From contig CAUYUJ010000137.1 in assembly GCA_963575745.1 (NCBI GenBank), positions 496,001 to 560,000 of the forward strand: DNA of 64,000 nucleotides, in the 5' to 3' direction. The notes beneath the pieces were generated by a model, which had not been told where the DNA came from, did no database searches, and worked only from the letters and a program-made list of their open reading frames with translations. The position numbers were made by a program, and so were the translations under genes. Of this stretch, positions 52,897-64,000 are shown in pieces (position 1 is the stretch's first letter; every line of letters starts with the position of its first letter). This DNA comes from Prorocentrum cordatum. Its lineage: Eukaryota.

Positions 52897-53645
52897 TCAT
52901 TGACAAAACATTTTCTTATATCTCGCGGCGCGGGACAGATGACGAGCTTCGGCCACTATCGTTTCAGTTCTAGCAATGGCCACTTCCGAGGGGAGACCCT
53001 TAGCAGAGGCACGAGCTACGGCGTCCAGTGCTGGACGTCCGAGGCCTCCCAGGTGACGTCTCAGAGCGCGATCACAGAGGCCATGGGCGCAGAGGCAACG
53101 ACGAGCGAGGCAATCCAGATCCCGCACGCTCCATCCGACGAGGTGGCGTCGCTGTCTCACGCGCCCCGCACACATGCACGCATCGAGGGAGCAGGAGGAG
53201 GAGGAAGAGGCAAGGAGAGGGGACAGGCGGGGATGCCTCCAAATGAGGCTCGACACAGGGTGCATAAAAATGATCGGGACTCTGCGGAAGATACACTCCG
53301 CAATCAATTTGAAGGTGGATTCAGCCAACGCGTTTGCCACTCGCACGGCGCGACAGGCGGCCTCCGAGGCTCTATTCACGCGCAGGAGAGAATCAAATTT
53401 GCGGACACGCGACGCCCCTGGCGCCCTGGTGTCCCAGGGCAAGGACGCCCAGACTCCGAGCACAGCCGAGGCGCGCACCCAGCCAGTCAGAGACTTCAGA
53501 ACCTGAGGGTCAGCGAGGTCGTCGAGGCGATGTCGAGCCACGTTCACAGCAACGGTGCCGAGCCCGCGGGCCTCGCACACTCGCCGAACTCGGTCGGGGA
53601 CACAGGTGCAGAGCATGATGAGGCACGGCATCACGGTGGCATGCG
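52897..53645 (-). CDS. Degenerate C5-methyltransferase-like domain at the 3' end of the YR element
   Basis: Spacing DLADP..WV..VWASLPW..ANALA..IIFMHPVSSLIW..LDACM parallels the DNMT domain at 42440, but with PC changed to PW and ENP to MHP. Confidence 0.55.
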
Positions 53646-53669
53646 CCCGCGCACGTAGCCACAGGCGCC

Positions 53670-54872
53670 TCACATGAAGAGCCACTTGTCGGTCATCGCG
53701 GGAGGCGCCTGCACCGGCGCCGCCGCCGACGCCGGCCTCAGGGGCGGCAGCGGCAGCGAGAAGATGCCCGCCCTCGCGATCACGTCCATCAGGCCCAGCA
53801 GATCGCTCTCGACCTTCTGCCCGAAGTCGACCAGCGCAGGGTCGAGCTGACCCAGCCGCTGCTGCATGCGCGCCCGCTTGGCGTACCTGTTCAGAGACTG
53901 GCCCGTCCTCCACCTGCCGCGGTCCTTGACCTCCTTCCTCGCGCGGCGACCCGAGAGGAGGTCGTCGGAGGCCCCCCCGTGGCGCAGCGAGTAGAGGGAG
54001 GTCTGCTGGTCGGAGATCCCGAGCTGGGCCAGGGCCTCCGCGAAAGCGCGCCGCAGCTGGTGCGGCGCGAAGGCCCAGAGGCTCTCCTCCGCGCGGCGCC
54101 CTTGCCGAAGCGCCTCGAGGAGAGGCCAGGGGAGAGGATCGTCGACGATGACGCTCTCGTCGGCGACCCCCGTCTTGCCAGGCCCCCCGCTCGCCGCGTC
54201 GTTCACCAACAGAGCCCAGTGCTGGTGGCCCTCCGTGGCGCCCGACCTCGGCGCGATCAGGGAGGCCACCGTGAGACGGTAGGCCTCGCTGGGGCGGAGG
54301 TACGTGTCGAACGCGATCCTCACGAAGACCGCCTGCGACAAAAGCCCCTGAGACAGCAGCACGCCCACGATGGCGAACATCGCGACCCTCGGCAGCGGCA
54401 GCCTCATCTGCGGCGGCACGAGCTTCGCCCAACCCTGAAGGGCCCGAAAGGCCCGTGGCAGCGGGCGGCTGCCCATCAGCATCGACGGCAGATGGTGCTT
54501 CAGAGAGGCCATCGTGACGCGGCCCGTCGCACTGTCGTACCCGTCGAGGAAGAGGTGGACGAAGAACACCACGAGGATCGTGTCGAGCCCGACGCTGTTC
54601 TTGAAGTCCCTGGCGGTCCAGAGGCGCCAGTTCAGAAACCTGAGGGCGGAGGCGCGGTAGTTCTTGCCCGTCGACTCCGAGACCGCGTTGGCCCCCAGCA
54701 CCGACAGTCCGCCCCGCAGATGCGTCAGCGGACCAGGATGTTCCCGCCTGGCCCTCGCCGCCTTGATCACCTCCTTGGGAGATCCGCGGGCGGCGCGCGC
54801 CGAGGTACGACCCGACGTCCTCGAAGCTAGGGCCGACGAAGAAACCCCCCCTCGACGGCTTGTCCGCGACAT
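53670..54872 (-). CDS. Tyrosine recombinase
   Basis: YLRPSE (catalytic R), GKTG, SLRHGGAS, GRW, LNRY (catalytic Y); intact 400-codon ORF. Confidence 0.92.
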   Translation of the reverse strand: MSRTSRRGGVSSSALASRTSGRTSARAARGSPKEVIKAARARREHPGPLTHLRGGLSVLGANAVSESTGKNYRASALRFLNWRLWTARDFKNSVGLDTILVVFFVHLFLDGYDSATGRVTMASLKHHLPSMLMGSRPLPRAFRALQGWAKLVPPQMRLPLPRVAMFAIVGVLLSQGLLSQAVFVRIAFDTYLRPSEAYRLTVASLIAPRSGATEGHQHWALLVNDAASGGPGKTGVADESVIVDDPLPWPLLEALRQGRRAEESLWAFAPHQLRRAFAEALAQLGISDQQTSLYSLRHGGASDDLLSGRRARKEVKDRGRWRTGQSLNRYAKRARMQQRLGQLDPALVDFGQKVESDLLGLMDVIARAGIFSLPLPPLRPASAAAPVQAPPAMTDKWLFM

Positions 54873-57102
54873 TCCTCTCTGACGGCACCCACCGCACGAG
54901 CAGGCGCAGGCCGCAGGCGAGGGCCACGCCAGCGATCCGCCGCAGGGCGCGGAGAAGATGTCGGCTCCCAGACCGCCCCTTGCCGAGCGACAGAGCTAGA
55001 GCCAAATTGTCCACGACGCAGACGACGCGATGATGATGAGCACCCAGGGCCCTCGAGGCATCATGGACGCTGAACCCCAGGGCCTCCGCCTCGCACTGAA
55101 GGATATCGCAGCCACGGCGGGCATGACGGCTAGAGCGCATGGTCTTCCAACCCTCGGCCCCGTAGATGGACTCAGGGATCTCGAGGAACCCACTGGGCCC
55201 AGACGACGAAGCAGTAGAGGCAGTATGCGATGTGTCGGCGCGGCAACCGTCGGCAGCATCGTCACGACCGTCGACGTCAAGGGCATGTGATCTGGCAAGC
55301 GCGGCATCCCCATGACGATATCTCCAGCGTTCGGCGACTCGGCCGACCTCGGACGACAGCGCGGGGGGGACCTCCTTGACACAGACGCCCTTCCCGTACG
55401 GCGACGCATCAGAAGCATAGACCCGCGAATACCAGCGAGACCTCGTAGAGGCACTCCAGAGCGGGATGAGGGCCACGGCAGCCGACAACTCCCTGACGAC
55501 CGAGGGCCACAGGGGTCCAGGATGAGGTCCCACAGCCCCCATGAACCGATAGACCGCGTTAAAGATGCTCAGAACGTCGCGCCTCAGGATCATCCCCCAT
55601 GCACAGTGGCCTACGAGCACGCTGAGGGCCCCAGCAGAGGCCCGCCCACGCTTCAAAAGCCCGAGAACGGCTTGACGAGTGCGAGCGAGGCGGTCAGGAC
55701 GAACACGAATGATCCCAGAGGCCCCGTCGATCTCCAAGCCCGTGAATACCCCTTACAGACCGCAGGGGAGAACTCCAAGACAGGCAGCCCGCGGGCCGTG
55801 AGAGGGTCAGCAACGGCACGCGCCAGGGACGTGGCTGTCTCGGCACACTTGGATACGACACAGAAGTTGTCAACGTATCCTGCACACACCGCGTCCTTCT
55901 CAGCGACCAAGGGCCGCGGGCAGCCCCCATCCAGAATCATATCGTCGCGACCGAACCCGACATCCGACAGGGCTCTCGTCAGCGCACTCTGGCACAAGTG
56001 AAGGGCCCAACTCCATCCCATGGGAACGACCGTGACAAGAGGCTGGACGCAGTCGTTGATGCCAAGACGAACCCCGTTGACCGACTTGAGGCCGACGAAT
56101 CTCGTTTATCGGAGGCAGAGAGAACAGCGACTCCATGCCAGCTGGCAGGCGTAAATGATAAAAAGCACACTGAATGTCGCCCTGCGCGAAATGAAAACTG
56201 TCGTCACAGTCAAGGCTGGCCCACGCGCTGGGCGTGGGGAGACGAGTGGCTGGTGGGCAGGAGAAACTGCAATTGGCCAGCCTGGTGTCGAACACCAACC
56301 TCAGCTTGCCGTTTGATTTCTGCACGAAGAGACCAGTAGAGAAGGATGCCTGTTCGCTGGAGACCCGCCAGGAGATCATGCCGTGGGCCTCCAGCTGCTT
56401 CAAAAACTCAGCGTAGGACTTCGGCTTAAAGCGCAGCTCAGGATCGACATAGGGGCGGATAACCCCCAGCGGTTCGCGCAGCTCCGCCGCCACCGACTCG
56501 GGATTCAGCATACTCTGCCTCCAATCCTGCAGCACGATGGAGTCGGCCTCGGAGACGACGCCGCAGGTGGAGACTGCCTTCGTCGACTCGGGCAAGGCCA
56601 CAAGCGGCATGCTGTAGGGGCGCACTCGACCGCTGTCACCAGCGTAGCCAGGTGCCTGTGCGAGCATCTCTACGAGGGATGCTTCGCAATCGCGGCCTCT
56701 CTCCGAGTAGGCGGCGGGCAGCTCGAAGTCGCGGTGCAGCCCCGCGATGTAGTCCACAGCGGCTGCCTGGGCCGCGGGCGGTGGCCCCCCTTCGTCAGGC
56801 ATGGAAGGCTCGCCCTTGCCGCAGTGGAGCCAGTTGAGAGCAGACAACCCCTCGTTGCACCACTCTCTCCAGCCCGCGCCTTTGGCGGCGCGCAGACGAG
56901 CCCCGCGCCCAAGCGGAAGATGGCGACGCCCATCCACTGGAAGAAGAGGAAGCGGAAAAACGTCTCGCTGGCGATGGTCACCTCGCGCGGGCAACTCCAG
57001 GCCAGGTGGGGCCTCGACGGGCTCGGGGCCAAGCTGGCCAGGCTCACGAGCAGGTGGCGCGTCGCGAGGCCCCCCCTGACCAGCGTCCTTCGGGAACGTC
57101 AT
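54850..57102 (-). pseudogene. RT and RNase H of the YR element (two frameshifts)
   Basis: KSNGKLRLVFD, GDIQCAFY, PMGWSWA, YVDN (55866-55877), SDASPYG, VDN, WVPSERNVADKPSR. Confidence 0.9.
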
Positions 57103-58296
57103 GGCTGCCGCAAGGCCCGCTCCTCGCGAGCCTTGCGGCGTTCCTTCGCAACGGTAGCCTCACTCTTCATCTGCTCAGCAAACCAATCCATTACGGGTGG
57201 GAGAATGCACAAATTGCCCAACGTCTCTCCAGTGCCGAGGAAGTGGCCAATCTCGGAGGAAACGTCGGCGGCCGCGGCCGCGGCGCCGTCCTTGGCCTGG
57301 CCCTTGGGGAGTCCTGCGCGCCCGCTCCTCAAAGAAGCGCCCCTCCACCATCAGCAGCTGCCGCGATAGGAACTCGTAGGAAGACAGCCCGCAGATGATC
57401 AGCTGGTCGTGGCAGCGCAAGGTCTCGACGACACGGCACAGCGTCTCGCACAGCCTGTCGGTGTCGTCCGTCTCTGAGGCCTGCTTCATGGCCACCCAGC
57501 GGTTGAGCCACGACGTCGCCCCGTCCGCCATGGGGGGCATGAAGTGGAGCACCCACATCGTGGTCGTCAGGCCCTTCACGGGCCAGTCGGCGCGGGGGGT
57601 CTCGGTCTGGCGCTTGACAGCGCCCCTGACAAGCATGTCCCGCACCCCCCGCGCGTCGAGGTCGGTGGCCAGCACGCGGGGATCAGACCCTGCGGCGCCT
57701 GGGGCCGCGGGGGCCGCGGCGGCGGCGCCGACGCCCGGAGGGCCAGCGGCGGCAGGCAGGGCGGCCCCCCCCGCACCGAGCGCCGCGGCCAGCGCGCCCA
57801 GCCCGCTCACAGGCGTAGCGGCAGACGCGGCAGGCGGCCCAGGGGCGCCCGCGGGGGGCGCGGCCGCGCCAGCCAAGGCCGGGGCGCCAGGCGCTGCGGC
57901 GGCGGGGGCCGCTCCGAGCGGGTCGAACACGGCCGGGACCCCCTTCGAGACGCCCAACACGTTGTCGGCGCTGAGCTCGAGGATGAAGGGCGAAGGCGCC
58001 AGAGGCCCATGGCCCTGGGCGACGCAGCTCCGCGCAGCAGCCCAGGCGACGGCTGCCGACGGCAGCCGCCAGAACTTGTCGAGCTCGTTGGCGGCGACGC
58101 CTACAATCGCGACGCCCTGGCCCGCCGAGTCATGCACAACTCTCAAGTCACCACCTGCCGCGTCGCTCTCAGCATATACCTCATCGTCAGGGGCAAGGAT
58201 GTACCCAGGCAGCAGAGTGAGTCTCTCGTGGAGGAGAGCGGCCGCCCCGACGCTGTACCAGAAGTAGTGGAACTGTCCAGCGGTGCGAGCAGCCAT
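57099..58296 (-). pseudogene. gag-like ORF of the YR element (one frameshift near 57330)
   Basis: MAARTAGQ..HERL..PDDEVYAE; Ala/Pro linker; C-terminus KERRKAREER; its TGA overlaps the RT ATG (ATGA at 57099-57102). Confidence 0.7.
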
Positions 58297-60115
58297 TCCG
58301 CCTAATGGCAGAACTTCCTCGCCTGGGTAGTCGCCGCGCTCACGAGGTCGAGAGTGTCCGCGGCCTCCTGATGCGATGCTGGAGCGGGTGCAGGCTGCAC
58401 CACGGGGGCCGTCAGCGAGCTCTTGAACAAGTAGCCGCCAACGACGCTGCCGTACGCGAAGCCACCCACCACGAGCACGACCACGAACTCGATTGACCAG
58501 CCTGACGGCTGGGCAGAAGCCAGCGAGCCTTGCCAGTCGAGCAGCGGCACTCCACCGCTGGGCAGGCCAGCGCAGGAGAGCAGACGCAATCGGAGGAGGG
58601 CGTCGAGCTGCCGCGTACGGTGATTGCAGCGGAGAGGGCACTGCGAGGTCGGCGTTGACCCGCGCAAAGAATGAATGCGTGCGTTCCTTTAGAACTTGAG
58701 CGAGGGAATACGGCCGCGGCGTTGCCACAAATGCCGACAAGTCGCTGTATGATGATCATGATGACGTCGAGGATGACGACGAGGACATGCGGAGGGCGGA
58801 GGCAGGGATGGGAGAAGGGAGGAGGGGGAGGCAAAAGGAAAGGACGCGGGGCGCTGTCTTTTCAAAACGAGGGCCCAACACAACAGGATGGTTGGGAAAC
58901 ACAGACATGTGCGTAGCGTGGCCAAGTGAAGCACGGCAATTTGCGGCTGAGACGATCCGAATTGGATGAGTACGACACTGAAGTTGCGAATGGTGCTGCG
59001 GCAAACAGCCCAGAGCGAAGTAGGCTAGCTAGCTTACCCGCTACTCACTCGCCAAAATGGCAGCACACAGCAATATTAGTAGAAGAGGAAAGCGCTGGCC
59101 TGTAACTGCCATAGTCGGGCAGGCTGGCCAAATCGGTACTGGCTGGCCTTATGTATAGGCAGGAAGGTATGTCAGCGGCTAAGCCAGATGCTTGAGAAGT
59201 GCTGGAACTGGCATACATAACACAGTTGGCCTGTGGTGGCACTTCCACAGTATGGTTGACCTGCCGTGGGCAATGCGTAGCGGGTGGCTGCTCCTCCTCC
59301 TCCCCAACTTCACGCCCATGCTGAAACACACTCCCCAACCCCCATCAGTATCACAAGCGCATGCGGCAGCAGCGGAAACCTAGCAGCAGCGCAAATGAAT
59401 TAAACTGCCGTGTCGGTACGGGAGCTGCAACGAGTGTCGTGTTCAGCATGCTGCCGTGCGATCAGCATTTCGCAACAAAAGGCTTAGCGTGAAATGGTAG
59501 TTGCAACGCATGAGGACGGCACAGGCAGCACTGTCTGGCCTCGCGAGGTTGCTGTAGTCTCCTATCCAAAAAAAAGGAGGGGTCAGGCGTGCGAAATGGT
59601 GTGTTGGGCGCCTGCAGTAATCCTCGGGCTGCCACCCAGGATTGTCTCGGCGCGCCCCTGACCTCCTCAGCGGCAAGACCTCCCACCCACCACTCACCCA
59701 AACGTGCGCGCGCCAGACGCACGTTGGACAACCCCCTCTGTGAACGGATCTTCACGCGCGGAGACTCCGCCGGCCACGCGCAGCAGACCTATCTTCGAGC
59801 CCACACAGGAACAAAACGCATCCGAAATGGGCGCGCGCCAAATCCCACCAGCCCTTTAGGGCGTGAGTGGTTTAGCGAGCCCCCTCTGTCCTCAACCCCC
59901 CTTCTTCCCCTTCGGGGAGGGGTTTACCCCTCCCCCTACCCCCTCCCCCTGGGTCTGGAGAGGGAGTCCCGCGGGTCGTCAGGGCGGTCTTTTTCGACTC
60001 CTGGGAGGGCCAATTATTCACTGCGTGGGGACCCCCATATGTGCATCTCCTTGCTGGCGCTCCCTTGGTGGTGGGACTCGGTGAGGACGAATCTGGATTT
60101 AAGTGTGACTGAGCT

Positions 60116-60295
60116 GCCTCTCTCTCTGCTCTCTCTGCTCTCTCTGTCTCTCTCTCTCTCTCTGCCCTCTCTCTGTCTCTGCCTCTCTTTCCCTGCCTCT
60201 CTCTCTCTCTCTGCCTCTCTCTCTGCCTCTGTCTCTGTGCCTCTCTCTCTCTCTGCCTCTCTCTCTGTGCCTCTCTCTCTCTGCCTCTATCTCTG

Positions 60296-60333
<38 letters not shown>

Positions 60334-60365
60334 CTCTCTTCTCTCTATTCTCTCTCTGCTCTCTC

Positions 60366-60400
<35 letters not shown>

Positions 60401-60432
60401 GCTCTCTCTCTTCTCTTCTCTTCTCTTCTCTC
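60116..60432. repeat. (CT)n microsatellite
   Basis: Directly visible. Confidence 0.95.
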
Positions 60433-60588
60433 CAGTCTCGGCTCGAGAGTGCCCTGCACTCAGACCGCAGCCGCGACGCGAAGCGCCCCGCCTCGGAGTC
60501 AGACTCCCAGGCCTCGCGAGACCGGAGGGGTCCCAGCAGGACCCTACTGATTCGCGTCACCTCTCTCCCCACCAGAGCGCCCGCCGCA

Positions 60589-61809
60589 ATGGCCCCCGAC
60601 AAGCCGGAGCGCCGTCGCTCTTCCAAGCAGCCGCCGAGCTCACGTCCTGCTGCTGAAGGGTCACTCCTCCAACGCAAGCAGGACTGCATTGCAGCTTTCA
60701 AGCAAGCGGGGTCTGACCGCCCCACGGCCGCATACAACGGGCTCGCCGAGCTGAACGCGGACGAGCTGCAGGCCACGTACGACATGCACACGACCAACAC
60801 AAAGAAGCTCGGCAGTGCCTTGATCCGCATGTGTGCCGCCAACCAGATCAGCTACACGCTGGATCACCACCAGCGCAGCAAGCCTAAGCGCATTGGTGGT
60901 GACACATCACACCCACCAGCTGCGTCCGCACGTCTTCAGGCTGCGGACGCCCAATTCATTGCCTTGGACCCGGCCTTCTGGAAGGTCCCAGTCCTTGCTG
61001 AACCCACATCACTTGACGACGGCAAGACGTACAAGCCCAGTATCAGCCTCCACGACTACGAGAGCGGTGAACGGCTGCTGCAACACCACCTCGAGCAGGG
61101 TAAGCGTACCACGGGTCAGCTTGCGATTGCTGTCATGGGCCCAAAAAACGATAACTACGTCGGTACCGAGCTCGCCGTCCCCGTGCTGAAGCGTCACCCC
61201 AAGGCGCCCAAGGTGGTCCACACGCACGTCCCCGTGACCGTGTACCAGCTGGGCACCAAGGAAGTCGCCTGCACGGAAAAAGTAGCCCTCGCCACCATCG
61301 ATCCTGCCGACCACGTATGCTGGATTCGGGTGACCATACATGAAACCGAAGCCATCGCCGCAGTCCCCTCCATGCATCAGGCCTTCGAGGATCAGTTCTC
61401 GGGAGGTGCCCCCGTGAACGGTGGTCCACGCGCCAAGGGTCCTTTCCGAAGGGACTCCGCCCCACAGGACAAGGCGCGCCAAAACCAAAAGCACAGGGAG
61501 TCCAAGAAAGACGCTCGCCGTCAGGAGCTCGATAATCAGCTCCAGGACACCTTCAAGGCCCTCTTCCACGGCAACTTTAAAGCCGTCACCATCCTCGAAC
61601 CCTGCAAAAGCCTAGGCAGGTATGGATCGGGCGTCGGAAAGAGGTCCCTGGCTGCCACCTTCGGCGTCAGTCTTCAAGCGGTTGACAAGGACTTGGCGGG
61701 TTCAGGGCAACTCGGCGCCACCTACGACCTCAGCAACGTAGGTGCAGACGAGCCCACTGCAGACAAGTACCAGACCGTGTGGTTCCCTGAGGACCAGCCC
61801 ATCACGATG

Positions 61810-61844
<35 letters not shown>

Positions 61845-63085
61845 ACAAAAAAAAAATAAAAACAAAACAAGGCCCATCACGATGGCAGATGCGTTCCAGA
61901 AGTCGGTGGATTTCAAGGCCTTAGGAGTCGTCAGGCACGGCAAGTCAGGCTTATTGGGGATCCGTGTTGCACGAGGGTCAGACGCCGCCAAGGCTGCTGC
62001 CGTCAGCATCCGTGGCTGCGAAGCCACCCTCGCCAAGACGCGATACCGCATCACTGGCATTGCGGCACGCCACGCCACGCTGACCCAGCTGGCTAAGACT
62101 CTCACGGGCCCGTCCGTCAAATGGGACTGTGAGGTCTACCGCACCGCCTGGGACCCAGCCACTTCGGCTCAGTTTGCCTTAGTGCGCGCCCATCGTCCCC
62201 CACCCACATATACGGTACAGGTCGCAGGGTGCCCCATCCCGTGGAGCATCACCGAGGCCCCGTTGGCTGAGGTGGTGCCGAAGAGGGACAACGTTACCAT
62301 TGTCACCCCTACCACTATCACAGAGCCTGTGACGCCGCAGCCCGTGGTGGCGGCTTCAGCCCCGCCACGGGCACACTCCTAACCAAAGCGGCCCAGAGCC
62401 CTTACCTCCACGACCTCATGACTGCCACGCCCAAAGGCAAGGGCGTCGCACCGCTCCCGATCCCCAAGGAGGAGCCTCTAGCCAAGCGCCACCGATCCTC
62501 CAGAGGGAAACGCGACGCCACGCCGCACGCAAGATCACACGGCGCCCCAGGCCGCAGCTCCTCTGCACCCCCGCACGGCACGGATGGAGCTGCCGAGCAG
62601 ACGGCCGTCCAAGGACCAGGTGTCATGACCCGCAACTTGGCACGGTGGCGGCTGAAGGCGGGGGCCACACGGAAGGGGACGCTGCCACAGCCGCCGAGGT
62701 ACCAGGCGACGCTGACGACGTCGAGATCCTCTCATCAGGTGATGAATTCAGCGTGGCATCTCGCGAACTGAACACCCTCGGCGAACGCTTCGCAACGGCC
62801 CCTAAACTGTCAGACGCCGCCACGACCCGCATCCAACACATGGAACAACAGCACGAGCTGCTTGCCAACACGGTGGATAACATGCAGGTTCAGCTTGCGG
62901 GCGTTCTCTCATCCCAGGCCACACTCACGGAGCACGTTTCAGGTTTGGAACGAGGGCTTGCCACCGTCGTCACTCAGCAACAGACGGCAACTACCGAAGC
63001 TGCTGCACTGCGTGGTGACATCCAGGCCCTCCTCGGGCACCTCACGGGGGGCACCATCCACCTGCCACAGGTGGCCACCCTCGAA
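60589..63085 (+). pseudogene. Long protein-like ORF with a separate coiled-coil C-terminal piece; probable LINE ORF1-like gene
   Basis: 597-codon intronless ORF with natural composition (60589-62382), then heptad-rich RIQHMEQQHELLANTVDNMQVQL...LRGDIQALL at ~62820-63040; no RT seen inside the window. Confidence 0.5.
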
Positions 63086-63301
63086 ACAAAAAAAGGAGGA
63101 ATACAGAAAAAAAAAAATAAAAAAAAAAAAAAAAAAAAAAAAAAGATAGAGAGAAAAAAAAAAAAAAAAAGAAGAAAACAAAAAGCATATAAAAAAAAAA
63201 AAAAAAGAAAAAAAAAAAAATAACAACAAATAATAAAAATAACATAAAAAGAAACAAAAAAAAAAAAATAAAAAAAAAAAACAAGAAAATACCAAAAAAA
63301 A

Positions 63302-63334
<33 letters not shown>

Positions 63335-63352
63335 CCCAAAACAAAAACAAAC
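63084..63352. repeat. A-rich low-complexity tract
   Basis: About 270 bp, mostly A; may be a sequencing or assembly artefact. Confidence 0.7.
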
Positions 63353-64000
63353 CACAGTAAACAAAGCAGCAATCAGATGCCGAATACCCGTGGCTGTCCT
63401 GCGGTGGAATAGGGAACCAGACACTTCTGCCAGGTCACCCCAGGGACGGGGCCCCCCAGGGGCTGACAAAGGCAAAGACAAGGGTCGGGTCACTCAGGAA
63501 CCCTATTGAAGGTGCCTCAGAGAGCCTGCCTCAGCCCTCCGAGGAAGCGCCTTCAGAGGCATCTCTTCTCTCTTCGCGTCGTATCTCTTTCTTGTCATAT
63601 CATGTCAGTTTTGGCAGCAGCACGAGCAAGCTATCTGGTGTAGGGACACCTGTCATCTTGCTGTGGGTGTGTTTGTTTCTATGTACATGAGCATGCAGGG
63701 GTATCTGAGGATGCGTGCTGACATGCAGCTTTTGGCTCATCGCTCGCGCCGCCCGCCAGGCCTCGCCATCATGTGGCGCCTTGCCTGCAGCCTGGCCCTC
63801 CCCTCGCTAGCTGGAGCACACCCGTCTTCAGGCGGTGCGCCCCAGCATGGAGGTGAGGTTCTCCTGCGACACGCTGAACGTGGGACCCTTTTCTACCTCT
63901 ACGATGACAGCATCTACAAGTACGATCATTGCACCATTTTGGACCCGATCGTGAACGGCACCGTTGCCGCGGGTCCGTGCGGCATAGGCCAGGCACACAG

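Larger units (their letters stand above)
52574..58751 (-). mobile_element. Tyrosine-recombinase retrotransposon (DIRS order; PAT/Ngaro-type split direct repeats)
   Basis: A1 58690-58751 = A2 52705-52766; B1 52764-52855 = B2 52574-52665; order A1-ORFs-B1-A2-B2; gag, RT, RH and YR all present. Confidence 0.93.
51099..58899 (-). mobile_element. HINE-like element copy 2, split by the YR retrotransposon
   Basis: Same termini as copy 1; diverged ~90-bp array at 51175-52320; the (GAT)n tract continues on both sides of the insertion. Confidence 0.6.

Noticed and set aside
53670..54872. Prophage or bacterial integrase
   Set aside because: It lies among RT/RNase H and split direct repeats, so it is a DIRS-order recombinase.

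Overview
Eukaryotic, GC-rich, repeat-dominated DNA. It is almost certainly dinoflagellate, because genomic copies of the 22-nt dinoflagellate spliced leader (DinoSL, DCCGTAGCCATTTTGGCTCAAG) sit on the minus strand at 6625-6646 and 38719-38755. The window is mostly nested transposons. (1) Two decayed minus-strand LINEs (1700-6646; 30533-38755), each beginning with a DinoSL copy and bounded on both sides by (CCT)n/(GGA)n tracts, plus a probable third LINE-type ORF1 at 60589. (2) A full-length Ty1/copia LTR retrotransposon (39369-48745; 256-bp LTRs, 4-bp TSD) with a cytosine-5 DNA-methyltransferase domain between protease and integrase and a hydrophobic in-frame extension after RNase H. (3) A complete DIRS/PAT/Ngaro-type tyrosine-recombinase retrotransposon (52574-58751) with split direct repeats, inserted at an ATG in an (ATG)n tract and ending in a degenerate methyltransferase-like domain. 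(4) Helentron-like and Mutator-like non-autonomous elements, several MITE families and long microsatellites. Recognisable host coding sequence is limited to two in-phase exons of a Cys-rich protein and one Utp11 exon. Most ORFs in the supplied track are GC-rich or microsatellite noise. All homology calls are motif recognition by eye; no database search was run.
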